Of a stretch of 64,000 nucleotides of DNA, positions 12,131-27,900 are shown piece by piece. Each line of letters begins with the position of its first letter. Within the stretch, counting starts at the first letter, position 1. The position numbers and the translations under genes are program-made. The notes beneath the pieces were generated by a model, which worked only from the letters and a program-made list of their open reading frames with translations, was not told where the DNA came from and did no database searches. The stretch is from Mytilus edulis (taxonomy: Eukaryota), in assembly GCF_963676685.1 (NCBI RefSeq), contig NC_092346.1, positions 62,806,001 to 62,870,000 of the forward strand. The letters run 5' to 3'.

Positions 12131-13648
12131 GTAAATTAATTTACCTAATCTTATTTAATTAGATATGTATTAAAATCTCTTTAAAAAGCTTAAACGTCAC
12201 CAAGCTACTCAGTACGTACAAAGCCTAAAAAACGAACTCGTCTATGGCTGATACGAATTTAACTTTAAGGCACTTGTAAAGGCTGTCTCTCTCATTCTTC
12301 CATATAAAAAGTCTGTGGGAAGAAGAGGGAGCTAACCTTTATCATCGAATGAAACACGTGCCTGTGCTAATATGTTTACCTGCCAACAGGACAATCCAAC
12401 AAACAGATATGCATATAGACTCCCGACCAGTGCTCGGTAGACCAGTGCTCAGTAACACGCTACAGAAATGATTTTTTTAATGAAAATAAAAACACTTTTG
12501 AATTAAAATATTTTTTGTTTTTATCCCTTAAAAGGGGCTTTACAGGAAATGTACATTTCACATGATCTTAACTTAACTGGAAATTAATAGCAGACGATTA
12601 ATCGGCAGTGGTGAATTGAAGTTGAAAATATCGCTCTTGGAATCCGGTTTAAAAAAACCTTAAGTAAATATTTAGTAGTTTGAAATAACATGAATCGATT
12701 ATAAATTCATTTACAATTCAAATGATGTGATTCCTACAGTAATATTCAATCCAGGGCGTTTGTATCATCATGTTTTGTCCCCCTAGAGCCCCTTCATATT
12801 TTCTCTTGACCACCGTCATTTTTAGGTAAACAATATATTTTGGGTAAACTGGCTTGTCCCTTCAAGTATTTTCCGGTTTGGGTGTTTCATATGTCACTGA
12901 TGAGCCGTGGTACTATGTTTGTGTGCAGTGTGAGGAATAATGAAATATGAACATGTTTTTAGGGAAAAAATAATTTTCCAAACAATACACATTTAGATCA
13001 AATTTAGAATCTCTGAATTTCTGTGAATACATGTATTTTACCATTTCTGTAAAATTTAAATGCCAATTATCAGTAAAATGTTCATTTTATCAAATAGACA
13101 TCATAGTTCTTATTTTATTTTTATTCTGAAGCTTTTATAACATTATCGAGAACTGGTCAAGTTGTATTCAAATTTTGAATATTTTCATCATGTGAATCAA
13201 GGATGCCCCAAGGTGACGTCAAAACAGGAATTAAAAACAACCAATCAGGTCCTTTTATTTCAAATAAGGTCAACTTTGATCAAACAAAAGGTCATGAATT
13301 AGTTTGCACGATTGTGTCGGTAAACAGTAAAAACCAGTGTTAAATTATCTAGCACTGGTCAGGAGAGTCTATATGAAATACTTGCCACTGAACTAAGCAA
13401 GTAAAAATCAGTTTACATAAACAAGACCATTCATTGTAACCTAATTAAAGTAATAAAGATGGCTTGAAAGGCTGTTTAAATTTTTGGTCGTTATGCTGTC
13501 CTATGAAGATGTCAGTCTCAGAGCCAAAAAAAAATTAAACAGCCTTTCAAAATTAGTCATAATTATTTAGATTGGACTAGTAAAATAATATACTTTATAG
13601 GTATTGTTAAATGTGATGACTTGGATGGCTATTTCAATCAGAATTAGA

Positions 13649-14774
13649 ACTAGAATTGCCATTTCAAGCAATTGCGGATGTCACCCAGTTCCCCCAATTG
13701 CCACTAAGCGTCAGCCATTTCAAAATTGTTTAACAGTGAATGCACATATATGCATTGCAATACATCTTTCTGTAAATTTTCAGCACATTCTGAGCATTGA
13801 AAATTTTTCACATTTCTACTGTTTCCATGGCAACGACAGCCATTTTGAAAATTTTAAAGTCAAAAGTCTCATCTTTGCTTGCCAGTTAACAATAATATCA
13901 AGTTTCATTAAGTTGAAAGCATTTTGAGAATTTTTTACTTTTTTGCAGTTTCCATGGCAATGGTAGCCATTTTGGAAATTCAAAAGTAAAAAGTCTAATC
14001 CAGACTTGCCAGTCAACAATCATATTAAGTTTCATCAATTTTGGAGCATTCTGTAATTTTTGAAATATTTGATCCTGTAAATGCTGTATCCATGGTTACA
14101 TCTTAGTTCCAATGATTGTCAAAATCATTTTAAACCTGTATATTGTGGGCAACTATATTGTATAAAAATTTGATGATTTTGTGTTCAAGCATACCAAAAT
14201 TATTCACCAAACCCTAAAGTTTTTAGAGTATTTTGACCTTTTTGCATTGTTTCCATGGTAACAGCAGACATTTTGGAAATTCCAACGCCAAATTCCACAT
14301 CTACCAATGTTGCTCATCGTTACTATGAAGTTTCAAAAAATTTGAAGCATTTTGATATTTTTGAAATTTTTGGTGTAGTTTCCATGGCAACATAGTAGTT
14401 CCAATGATGGTCAAAATCATCCAAAACCAGTACATGGCTGGCACCTACATTGTATTAAAATATAATGATTCTGAGTTAAAGCATCTCCAAATTATTCACC
14501 AAAACCGAAAACTGGAATTTTTCACAATTGTTCCGTTTCCATGGTAACGGCAGCCATTTTTTTTTTATAGTATTAAGACCTACTGCAACCCAAAATTTGG
14601 TGTTCCTCATTATCATGATTATAGTTAACTATCAAGATTGGTTCCATTGTCTCAAAAAAAGCTGCCAGACAAAAAAGTTGGAAGAATAATAATAATAAAA
14701 GCAATATGACACAATAACAAAGAAACAGAGGAAAAGCAATATGTCACCCGACATTGTGGATAGGGTGACATAAA
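13649..14774 (-). mobile_element. Helentron-associated non-autonomous element (HINE/DINE-1-like)
   Basis: Minus strand: T-rich start, subterminal inverted repeat atgtcaccc/gggtgacat, (att)n microsatellite, internal repeats with tttccatggcaa, then a 3' hairpin and CTAGTT end. Confidence 0.75.
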
Positions 14775-15953
14775 TAATCTTAGAAGGAGTAGAGATTATC
14801 CGAGACTTGTGCAGTGTGATATGAGAAATATCTATTCATGCAAGAAACAGATAACAGGCCACAACCATAAGGGAAAAGCCATTATTACAACATTTATGAT
14901 TTAATGAATCTTGTCTAAATTTCAAAATTGTAATAATATCTAATCCTTTCATCATTACTTTAATCATATTATTAAATGAATAGGGAGATATATAATCTGG
15001 ATACATAACTATAGTTTCAATGTTGCTTTGATGTCATAAATACACAACGTGAAGTAAATTACCTAAATGACCATTTACACAAAGTATTGATAAGAACCAC
15101 AGCAAAAAAATGTATTTTATCTACATGATTGATGTCTGACAAAATGTCTGAGTTAAAGTTCTTAATCAAAGATTCTTTTTGGCCTCTTAATCTAAAGACA
15201 ATATTTTATCAAGATTTCAAAAGTAGACTGTTTTGGCATTTTGTATTATATATTAAACTTGATGTTTGAAGCCTTAAAGCAAATAAGACAAAATTTCAAT
15301 AATACTGTCTTTTTACATCTGATTTTTTTTTAAAATTTATCATTATTTTTGATTTTCTAATCATTTGCTAATTGAAGAGATCAATAAAGTATTCTTGTTA
15401 AATACAATTTGTACTTTCTCCTTTGTATACTTTAAGTGATTGTTTACTTGACATTTCATATATAAAAAAGAATAGAACATATGTTTACAAGTTTATATGT
15501 CATGTATGTAAAACAAAAGCTTGGATATCAATAATGAGTAATATGCATTGTAAGTTGTAAGCATTTATATTCATTTTGAACTTACAAGAAGATGCCAGTG
15601 AAATCTTGGTAAAATTGAGAAAAAAAGATTGTTTTTAATCCATACAAATTTTAGGAAGTACAAAATACTACACTAATATATGTCATACATCATGTGCATT
15701 GTATCACAAACATTTCCAACTTTGTATGGTTTCAGAGGAGTTGTGGCTCAATGAAATCTGTCTCCTCCTTTAGTAGTCATAGTAGTATAGATTTTCCATA
15801 GCAAAAACAATGAAAGAGAGGGATGAGTGAGAATGGTGAAAATATAAAAATGATTACTTTCAACTTTTCTTGTGGCTTACGTGAATATGTGTGACTCATA
15901 CTCATTTTGATGAATCTATTTTGTATTTTTCAGATGATTTAAGATTATGGAAG

Positions 15954-18900
15954 ATGGCAGCTGTTGGTAAAAAGACAGAGGATGAAATTCCAGAAATTAG
16001 AATTCCAAAAGAACATGCTTTCCTTGATTACCTACTATCACAAATACCTAAAAAGGCCCAAAAGGGGATGCTTATTCAGTGTGATTTACATATTATTTCC
16101 TTAGATGCTAATGAGTTTTTTATTGCTCTTGGTTCCAATGTGGGAGTTGCGTTTTTGTATAACCGAAAGACCAAAGAAATAGAAAGACTTAGGACCCATG
16201 TAGGTATTTATTAACATTGATTCTGAGGTATTAAAAGTACAATACATACCGGTATACTCAGTGTTTTATATATTATTATGTGATGGCCATTATTACTTGT
16301 GGATAAAGTTTTCCCCTTTGATTGTTTTTTTGCTTGCAGAGGTGCAGGTGGGCATAAAGTATATTATTGATGTACATGTATATCCCATATTTATTCTAGT
16401 AAATGTTAACCAGCTGCCAATATTTAAAATCTTAAGTAAAAAAAAAAATGTTTTGCAAGAACAGCTAGGACTCATCTTTATACAATGTTTAACAGACCAT
16501 GCTTTTATATATTGCTCTTCTTACTATATATATTTTGGTCCATATATTTTAAGGTCTTCAAATGTGTAAAACTCAAAAATTTAATGCAACAAGTTGAACT
16601 TTTGAATTATTTATATTACATCATGGTTTTAGTAAATGAAAAATATGATAAAAGTTAATTGCTCATGTTTGTGGAAGTACAAATGAATCATAAAGAATAT
16701 AAATACTGGTAATCCACACAACTCTTCCTTGTTACTAATGTCTATTATGATTTTATCACTACTTTGAAGATATTTTACTAAGAAGATAAGTATGTAAGAG
16801 GGAAACTGAATCTTATAACTTAGATTTTTGATACATGTATTTTAAAACTTTTGTTTAAACTTTTTCATACTTACGGTAATAGCTTTTGCTTACTTATCAA
16901 ACACACACTTTTCAATCTCAAATTCACATATTACACATACTGCTGATAATTTTATATGGCATTATTTATTTATTCACAGTCCCACAATGATGTGATAACA
17001 TGTGTTGCGATACATTCCGGACTTGAACACCAAGTGGCAGTAGCTACACAGAAAGGTTTGATCTATCTATTCCAGCTTCCCTCTGTGATGCCATCTCAAA
17101 GTAAACAGGTACATTGATAATCAATCAGATATATTGAAGTGCAACATTATTTGATTAAACGTCATTGATTCATTGTCCTTTCCTGTATATTTTATAATTA
17201 TAAAGAACAATGGATGAACACATTAGGTATTAAATCACAGAAGTTAAAAGTAAGCATCATCAATGATTCAGTGTAGATGAAACAGAGAAATGAAGAAATA
17301 AATCAAGATTGAAACAAGACAATAGGAATGAATTGAAAACTGCTTATTTGCACCAATACAAATAACCAAGGATTTGTATAGTAAGACAAATCCTTGAAAT
17401 AACCAAAACCCAAATTAAATACTCTATTCAATTGACAAAAATGATGGCAACATACCGGTACTACATTTTACAAAAAAAAATACTAAAACACACATTGCAT
17501 TGTTACTTTAATTACACCTTATGTAAGAATCCTGGATTTTGATTGGTCGATAGCCAGTGTATTTTTCACCAATTAACTGATATCAAATGAATATCGTTCA
17601 TTTTTTAACGCCGCCGGGGTATTTGCCAAAAGGATATGCCTTTTTTACCCTCTCTGCCGTGGTATTTGCCAAAAAATACTCTATCCTACTGGACACTTAT
17701 AACATCACAATCATCAACTTGAGGGTTTTTTGCGAAAAATACCAGTCTTGAGAATGAATTTCCCTCGCCTTACGGCTCGCGAAATTTAACATTCTCTTGA
17801 CTGGTATTTTTCGCAAATATCCCTCCTTAACACGATATCTGTTTAAAAATATCAGAAAAATGTAGAAATATATGTATTCTAAGTTTTCACAACTCATACC
17901 CGTAGCCAGGGGGGTTCGGGGGGTTCGGACAAACCCCCCCTTGTAACCAAATAAGCACTGTTAAAGTCAACGTTCTGTTCAAATTGTGACTGTTAAAGTC
18001 GAGTTCATGAGTCCAAATAAACCCCCCTTGGAAATTCCTGGCTACGGGCCTGCAACTCATAATGTTTTTATCATACTGTATTTGTGTTTTTATCTTGGCA
18101 TCCAATGAACATATTTTACTCTGAGCCAGGTTAAACCGGCTTACATATTATACTCCGAGCCAGGTTTATCAGGCTTACATTCACTTATAAGATTAGAATA
18201 TATTTTACTCCGAGCCAGGTTAAACAGGCTTACATTCACTAATAAGATTAGAACATATTTTACTCTGAGCCAGGTTAAACAGGCTTACATTCACTAATAA
18301 GATTAGAACATATTTTACTCCGAGCCAGATTAAACAGGCTTAAATTCACTAATGAGATTACTCCGAGCCAGGTTAAACAGGCTTACATTCACTAATGAGA
18401 TTACTCCGAGCCAGGTTAAACAGGCTTACATTCACTAATAAGATTACACTTTTCTTTTTCTTCTTATATCCCATGTTTCTATTATTTTTAGATAAATAAC
18501 TTTGTATCTAAAATAAACACTCAAAAACATTCTTTTGAGCTAGTTTTGTTTTGGAAAACAATATTTTACCTGATAATATGAATTCTGTTATACACTATTT
18601 AAATAACTGTGGAGCAGTTATGATTTCAAAATTAATATAATGATGATAGAATTAGAATGAAAGTGACTTATTTAAATCTGCTACATGTTGTTGCGAACCA
18701 TGTTTGGGTTGTCTTCAGTTATATCTTAAGTTTTTTTTTTGTCCTTTAGAGAATTTGATGATGAAGGCGAATATTGGTCCAGAGATTGAAATATTGAATA
18801 CAACTAATGAAAAGTTGTGTATTTTTATCTGTGTTGCCAATGGTGAAAGCATGACTAGCACTGCTCTACTCAATCCATCAATATATGTCTATCTATTTTT

Positions 18901-21900
18901 CTAAAAGACCTAGAGTAGACATTTTTTGACAAAGTTTTCTTGGCTTTTATGAAAGTGAATGATTTTGTATTTGGTTTGCAACTTGATAAGGTTGAGTGGT
19001 AAGTAAATTTTACACCTTTATTGTATTTTATTTTCAGCTTCAACAATTTATAGTAAAAGACATACATAAAGGTGAAGTAACAAGTCTATGTTGGAGTATG
19101 AATGGTATGAAACTATTTGGTGGTGATAAGAAAGGTCTTGTATCCTGTACAGAGGTGGATTTTTATGCTGTAAGGTTGTTTTCTTCACTTTTTTGCTGAG
19201 CGGAACCCAACGGGCCCCATGTGAGGTTTTACCATCACTTGTCGTCGTTGTCATACACTATTTCAAAAATCTTCTCCTCTGAAACTACTGAGCCAAATAC
19301 CTTCAAACTCTTAACTAAAAACTGGCTAAAATGGAACATATGGGTAAAATGCATTTATTTGCATTTGAAGTATATGACAGATACAAAAATTATTTAAATG
19401 GCATTTTTAAGCCACTCATTAATATATATTGGGAAAAAAAAGTAATTATTGATGAAAATCGAAGCAAAAATTAACAGCTGAGCGATTCAGGCTCTTGAGA
19501 GCTTTTTGTTTCTTTTAGATGCAAAAATGTATAGTGAGGTTTACATGCCATTTCAATTTCTAATTTTACAATTAGTTTAAGATTGTTTTTTTAAGCATTT
19601 TTTTGCAAAATCAAATTGCCCTACAATCAAGAATACTTGTAAAAAGATATTTTGATAAAGATGTGTTACTGGTCAAATATAGGCGTTGGCATGTTTTTTT
19701 TGGGTCAAATTTTAACATACAACATTTTCTCTGTATGAAGCACTTTTCTGGATTTAGTTTTCAACAGGAAAGCTTTGAGCCTATTGATTGAAGACAAAGA
19801 TATTTATAGATATGGAGGTACATTACCAACTAGATATACGAGGAATTTCCAAAACCGTCATATGTTTAAAATCTCTTAGTGGGATTTTCCTGCCTTTTTT
19901 TCAGCTTAGAATTTAAAATGAATGTGATGAATCATGGCTATTGCTTCTGAAAGATACCATAAAATATCACTTTCTGATAAATGATAAGGTGAATAAAACA
20001 GTGTTAATGGTAGCTTGTAAAACTATCCAGATTTACCAGAAGTACTTTGTTTCTTAGTTCTAAACTGAACTTATTTCACACATCGATACATATGCTCAAT
20101 TCAAACTGAGTTGTTATGCAAAGCAAAGTTATTTTACCCCTGCTCTGTTTGTTTGTCTTTTCTTTGAAAATTTTGAAACACTTTTATCAGGAACAACAGA
20201 TGAGCTACATGAAATTTAGTATCAAGCTTAAAGAGAGCATAAATAAATATATGATCAGTTTTCATATTTATTCTTCATCATTTTTCCTTTATTTCAATTA
20301 CTTTATTTATTAAGCTTTATGTGAGCATGATATATATACAATATTTGTATGTTGTCTGAAAATATAAAAGTTATTTGTGTGAGCTTTAGAAACAGGATGA
20401 AAAGTGAAGCTATGCTGAAATTTTCTCCTGTTTGTAGCGAGGACAAATAAATTATATTTGCCAATATATATTAATGATTGGCTTTATATTTTCCGACAAT
20501 ATACATATACATTGTATTGTGTTTATTCTGAAATTACTCCCAACACTTGAAAATTTAGTTATTAAATTCTAAATTATTGTCTCTAATTTCTCAAAGAAAT
20601 CGACAAAGTTATAAACACGGACCTGGAGGACCCCAAAATGAACTGGTTAGGAAACAGAAATATTCATATAACCGCTTGCTCTACGTGGAAGTGGGGTAAC
20701 AGGAGACTTTTATTTGCAAAAATTATTTGTATACCTTTTATTTGCAAAAAATTATTTGTATACCTTTTATAAAGTAGGCTAATTGCAGGATAAACCATGC
20801 GATGTATTTTTACATCCATTGCTTATCAACTTCTTATCAACTTCCTAATAATTTAAATCTTCTAGCATGGTAACATAAGTGATTACAGCTTGTTGTTTTT
20901 TTTTTGTATTTCAGGGATTATGTGAGACCAACATTTGTTTGATTGAGAATAACAGTGAGATTGTACAACTGAATCATGCACATAAAACTTTATTGATCTC
21001 TACAAACCAGAGATCTATGTTATATCGAACAGATACCAAAGTCTCTCTAGTCCAGGTGGGACAGAAAGACAGAAAAATGTAAGTGATTCAAGCAAAACAC
21101 TTTGTTTGAATCTTGGTTTACTGGATTTTTGTCTTACTAGCATAAACTTTACAATGTAGGTGTTACCTAAAAGTTATTAACATTTAGAAAGCATTAGATG
21201 TACAAATTTTGTCATTCAGAGGTAAGGTCCAAAATTTAACATGTTTAAATTTATACTTTAGCATTGAACACTATTAAAACTTGAGGCAGGAAAACAAACA
21301 TAAGGTTGAAAATGATACAACTTCTGTTTGATAAGAATCAAGATTTTGTGTTATTCATCATTTTACTAAATCAGTTATCGTTTCATTTAAAAATAATAGA
21401 TGTGGTATGATTTCTTATGAGACAACTATCCACCAGAGACCAAAGGAGGTTCTGTAGAAATTATTTAAACATAATTTTCAAACTAATACCGCAATGTTTT
21501 ATTAAGTAACAAAGAATTTATATTTAATTATGCAAAGGGGTAGATCTGTTAAGGGCTGATTTTGGCCTCAAATTGCAGGTTCATATGATGAAAGATTTTG
21601 GATACTTTTTAAACACTTGAGTGTCTACTTCAGTCGATTCAATTAGTTTATGTGAAAGATTTTAACTGATTTAGTCATAAAAGACGCTCAAATTCAAGCT
21701 TAAATATGAAAATATGCCATAATATGTCACTTTTTCGGATGGTTTTTGTCAAAAATGAAAGTGGCTGCATCTGTGTTCACTCTCAATTATTATATATGTC
21801 ATTATGTAGGTTATGTACTATCATCAAAAACAACTTATATTTTAATATTAAGAATGAACACAAATGAAGATTTCAGCAATTTAAAATGACTTAAAGATGC

Positions 21901-24900
21901 TAGTACCTGATATATGTGCAATATACTGTTAAAAACAGTCCATATTTATGTAGCTGAGGTATTATACTTTCCAATAAATAGCTAAAAATTTACATTTTAA
22001 CAGTTTTGAAATACTGCTTTATTTTGGGGCCAAGAAGGGCTTTTACTGGGCCTACTCCTTTGAGAAATTTTGAATTAACTTTGATTTGAAGTTCAATTTG
22101 CCGTACAATCTATGGTACATCTTCTTGTAGATTTGGAAAGTTTGGTGCAGTTTTTATACCAGGACTTTGTAAACCAGAAGATGCTGAATTATATGCTTGT
22201 CGACCAGGTCTACGAATCTGGAAATCCAAAATGGATGGTTCTGTCATTAGCACATATCTGTTCAAAGAACTTTTAAATAACCCTCATCCAACATTAGAAC
22301 TGTTACCTTTCAATAGAAAAACTAGAATGTTTCTGCCAGAAGCTCAGTTTGGGCCCTTGTATTTGTATAAAGATAAATACATTGTGACATGGTCAGATTC
22401 TAGTGTTTTTATTTTGAATATGGACAATACATCTGTGATAGGAGGAACGTTTCATGTTGGGACAATTCAAAACATTGCTGTTACAAATGATGAAATATTT
22501 ATCTTACGTAAAGATACAGATAGAAATGTGATAAGAATAGCTGAACGTCCTGAGACTTTGGCAGGTATGTGACTAAACCTGGAATCTTTTTCTGATGCCT
22601 ACATGTATATAACTTTACTAAGCTGTTTGAAGCTATTTGATTAGTTTGACACAAAATCATTGAATATAACATACCTCCAAGGAACATAATTAACATGAAC
22701 ATTGCACTATTAATGCTGTTAATTGTGCTGATTTTGCCAAGTAACATTTTTAACATTTGGCAAATTCTTTCACTCATGTAAAAATTGATTTTTGTATATG
22801 TAATGAATTTGCATTTTTGTCTATTGTTAAAGATAGGGATATGAGTAACCAAGGGGTTCATTTAAAGCTCGGAAACTGGGAGTGATCTCATGTGCTCCAA
22901 AAGAGTAAGCATATCCTGCCTCACTACTGGCACCCATTATGCTGCTTGTTGCAAGTAAAAATTTGGTCATAAGTCTCATTAGATGATTTTACAATTGAGG
23001 AAAAGGATAATTGCAATAATAAATGCACAGACAAATTTCTGTAATGACAGTTCATTTTTTGTTGAAAACTTTTCATTTCTGATTTTCCAATAATTTCTTT
23101 TGATATGTTTTTAGGTAATACATATCAGAGGTTAGTGAAGGATAAAAATCTGCCAGATTTTATGTCTGAAACTCCTGTAAAACATGAAAAAGCAGAAAAT
23201 ACTCAAACAACACCGTCACCACTTAGGTTTATAAAAGAAAATGTGATAGACAAAATAAAAAATTTAGATGTAATCTCAGATATGTCAGATGGTACCAGTT
23301 CTGTGTCAAATTTAGCTGACTCAGTGGATAAATATATTGAACAGAAAGAGTTACCTCCCATTGTGAAACTTGAAAATCCTGATCTTTTGACAATTGAAAT
23401 TTTTCCTGGAATTCCTACCACATCAGAGTCTACTGACCAAAATGTTACTTCACCTATAAGACGAGATAGATTTAATCCATTTTCAACAGATGATTCACAT
23501 GAATTTGAAGACGATACTGAGCTAGACACTTCTAATCTACCATTGTGCAATAAACCAAAGCCAGTTATTCTTAAATCTAGTCATGAAACCAAAGCAGAGC
23601 AACAGGATTCTAAAGAATCTTCTGGATCACATGACAGAATTAGGTCTATACCTATCAATACTCCCACAGATGACATTGCTATCAGTGTGAAAACAAAGAA
23701 AAAGAAAAAGAAGAAAATTGGTAATCCTTTTATTGAAGAATAACATAACAGATATAAACAAATTGTATTTATAAATATTTGCTATGACGGTATGTCATTC
23801 ACTCATAGGTTGCATGAAATTAGCTTAAAATAATAATGATAAATTACACAATACAAGTATTAATAAAATGAAAAAATTGAATCAATTTACATTACTCTTC
23901 CAGCATGTTAGGATGCATCTTGGCATAGGCTTCACTGATTCATAGTGAGTTTAACTTTATAATTCTTTTCTCAAATACTTACTTCATGATCACATTTGGG
24001 TCCTTTTCACATTTAAATTAAATAACACTTTGACTACAATTTTCAGTTTTATTGAAGATTTAACAAGTTAGTTTAGCTTGTGTATATAAATTTGATATTT
24101 TTTAATTACATATATGTATTTTTAATGGCTATTTTGTAGTATGATAAATTTTTCCTCTAGTTTTATGTTTTGATTTTTATATTCTAGATAGCAAGTTGTC
24201 TCCAAACATCAAGCATCAGGACCTTGACACACTATCCCAGAATTCTGTAGAAAGTGAAGCTACCAGTGAACATATGTCAGATAAAGAAAAGTCATCTGAC
24301 AGTGCGTCAAATGATAGAATATCCATGGAAACTGAAAATATAAATGTGGACATTTCTGACATCATTGGCTTAAAACCGGTAGAAAGTCAAATAAATTACA
24401 CAGAAGACAATCAATTAAAACATGGATCTGATGGGCACATAATGAATAAAGATGATGTGAAATGTGTACTGGTTCAGGAAGTACATAATATTCAGGATAA
24501 AGATGGTGTTGTTCCTGATTCTGAAAAAGTTTCAACTGTGAAAATTTCAGAAATGCAGATTAATGAAACTAAACTGAAGGAAAGCTTACAAAAGTCTGAA
24601 TCTGTGTTAAAAGAGGATAAAACTATTTCTATGAAACAAGAAGAAAAACCGAATAATGACAATGTAGTGGGTGTGGTAGAGAAAGACGTAGCAAAACCAA
24701 TTACAGATAATATTGCAAAAACAAAACAAGATAATAAAGTAAAACCAAAACAAGATAATATAGTAAAACCAATCGCAGATAATAATTCAAAACCAAAACA
24801 AGACAATAGTCCAAAACCACAGACATCAAAACCAATTGAAAATAAAGCAGAAAGTTCTATTACTGTAGATGATCTTTTCAAAGAAAATAAATCTAATCTA

Positions 24901-27900
24901 GATATTGTTGAAAAGATTACAAAACATCCCAAAAAGCAGAGTGCTTTGTCAAAACTTGAAAAAAATCTTGCCAGTTTGGAAGAAGGCCTATCTTTCTCAG
25001 GTTTTGAACAAACAAGTCAGTTCCCAAGAAAAAATGATGCTGAAACAAAAAAAGAAGCATTAAATATATCTCAGGCAGATTCTGGTAATGATTCAATGCA
25101 TGAAGAAACTTTGTCTTTACAAAGTAAAGTGACTGAAGATCAGCAGAAAAAGGAAGTGACACAAGTATCTGCCAAAGATGTTTCTCCACTTAGTGGTCCA
25201 ATTTATCGGTCAAACAGTTCATCTTGTGATGATTTTTATGCACAGTACAATACTTCAGCAAATACAACATCAACAAGTGGTAGTGGACTTAGTGAATGTT
25301 CCGAAAATCCACTTTCAGGAGGTGAAACTGAGGAACCAGAAGAAATATTTGACAATAAATCTGAAAGTGTCAAAGTTTGTGATCAGGATAGTGATAATAT
25401 AAATAAATCAAGCAAGGTATTCAATACATGGACAGAAGTTGTGACATCTGGCAATTTGATCAGTCTTGTTGTGTCAGATTTACACATATGGTGTACTGAC
25501 AGAAGCTCAAATATTTGGTACAGTAATATAAAATCTCCTGGCATCAAATGGGTGAAAGCTAATGGTTACGCAAAACAGATTTCTGTTTCTCCCTCAGGAA
25601 TGATTGTATGGAGGGTATACAAGGATACAGTTTATGCTGGTACCAAAATCACATCAAAACATCCAGAAGGCATGAAATGGGTTGAGGCAATAAGAGGGGT
25701 TCAGTCAGTGTCTGTGGACAATTACTCTGCTTGGTATGTTGGTTACAGGAATATGTTTTCTACCAGTTCTTTTGTTTTAACTACATAAGAGAATTTTACT
25801 GCCAAACTGGAACCAGAAAAGACATGAATGTTTCCAATGGTTATGAAAAAGATAAAGAAATTCGACTAACTTTGATTTTCTTCGAGTTGTAAATATTTAT
25901 CCATTTTATAATAGTATGTTACGATCAGCAATACTTTTCAAATTGATTTTTCATTCTCCCATACAGTGTTTAATTTTTGTGGAAACATTTGAAATAAGCA
26001 TAATTTTAACTTTCCTTTTATTTGCAGGTATATCAAGTCTAATGGTGAAGTAGCAATGCAGAAAGGATTATCAAGGGATAGACCATGTTATAAATCTATA
26101 ATTATTGACTGTTCTTCATACAAATTACATCACATTGTTTGTAGATCAGGGGTGGTTTGGGCCCTCACTGACCAATGTAAGCTAATATATAGAGCTGGGA
26201 TAAAGAAAGATTGTCCGGAAGGAAAGGAATGGGCTGAATATATCAAGTTAGTATGTTTAATGAAAAGGTATTTTATTTTCACAAATTGTTAGACATTAAA
26301 ATCAGTGTATATTTTAGAATACCTCGTCAATGAAATTTGGGGGCATAAGTTTAAATAAAGATGCTATTTATAATGTTGCATGATATAATAAAGTCAATAA
26401 ACCAAATTTTTTGTCAACAAAAATCAATGTATTCATGTTCCATAAGGTACAACTTTAATTGTTATTGATCTGATTAACTAAATGATGTCATAGCAAAGTG
26501 GTAAATCCAGTTGATGCCCTAATGAAGAAACTGCATTTCTAAGAGATTAAGACGGATTTGTTATAAATTTTGATAGACAGTAGAACCTTGATAAGTCTAC
26601 AATGAAGCATTAGAAATGCATAGAATAAACAGGAATTTAGAAGGAATACTTCAACTCATCCTGGTTTTTAACACAAGGTTCAACTGTGCAAGTGATTGAA
26701 TAAAACTTCTCCATAGAGAAATTAGAATCATGAAAGTCATTGGAGTTTCTATAATTCAAATCTTGCTTAGAATGAGTAGATGTGCTTTCTACCTTTATTG
26801 TGAAATAGAACCTTTCACACATTTTTGTAAACAAATCCTAAGTTTCCTTAATAATACCAATTTAACTTAATATGAGGCAGGCATTTACCTGTAAATCGGG
26901 ACGAAGTCTGTATAAATTATTTTTTAGTAACTTTTAAAAATATTTGTTAAAAAAAAGAAACGGAAATACCGTAAGGTTTCTGATTTTGGTTCTGTTGTTA
27001 GGGATTTTAGTTGTGACGTTATTTAAGTTATGACTTTATATGCAATGTAAACAAAGAAATGCTATCATCAGGTAACGTATTTTCATATCAAGGAATTATT
27101 AAAAATGAAATTGGTATTGCGTTCCTCCCTATTTTTAGCTCACCTGGCCCGAAGGGCCAAGTGAGCTTTTCCCATCACTTGGCGTCAGGCGTCCGTCGTC
27201 GTCGTCCGTCCGCCGTCGTCGTCCGTCGTCGTTAACTTTTACAAAAATCTTCTCCTCTGAAACTACTGGGCCAAATCAAACCAAACTTGGCCACAATCAT
27301 CATTGGGGTATCTAGTTTAAAAAATGTGTGGCGTGACCCAGCCAACCAACCAAGATGGCCGCCATGGCTAAAAATAGAACATAGGGGTAAAATGCAGTTT
27401 TTGGCTTATAACTCAAAAACCAAAGCATTTAGAGCAAATCTGACATGTGGTAATATTGTTCATCAGGTCAAGATCTATCTGCCCTGAAATTTTCAGATGA
27501 ATCGGACATTTCTTTGTTGGGTTGCTGCCCCTGAAATGGTAATTTTAAGGAAATTTTGCTGTTTTTGGTTACTAAGTATCTTGAATATTATTATAGATAG
27601 AGATAAACTGTAAACAGCAATAATGTTCAGCAAAGTAAGATCTACAAATAAGTCAACATGACCAAAATGGTCAGTTGACCACTTTAGGAGTTATTGCCCT
27701 TTATAGTCAATTTTTAACCATTTTTCTTAAATCTTAGTAATCTTTTAGAAAAATCTTCTCCTCTGAAACTACTGGGCCAAATTTAACCAAACTTAGCCAT
27801 AATCCTCAATGGGGTATCTAGTTAAAAAAATGTGTCCGGTAACTCGGCCAATAAACCAAAATGGCCGCCATGGCTAAAAATAGAACATGGGGTAAAATGC

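Noticed and set aside
12893-12915. cactgatgag hammerhead-like seed
   Set aside because: No stem II or GAAA follows.
18108-18447. CRISPR-like appearance of the regularly spaced repeats
   Set aside because: There are no unique spacers and no cas genes, and the repeat lies in a eukaryotic intron; it is a simple minisatellite.
23203-25189. Antisense ORFs (115, 146 and 90 aa)
   Set aside because: They are shadows of the long TECPR2 exons with no independent motifs.
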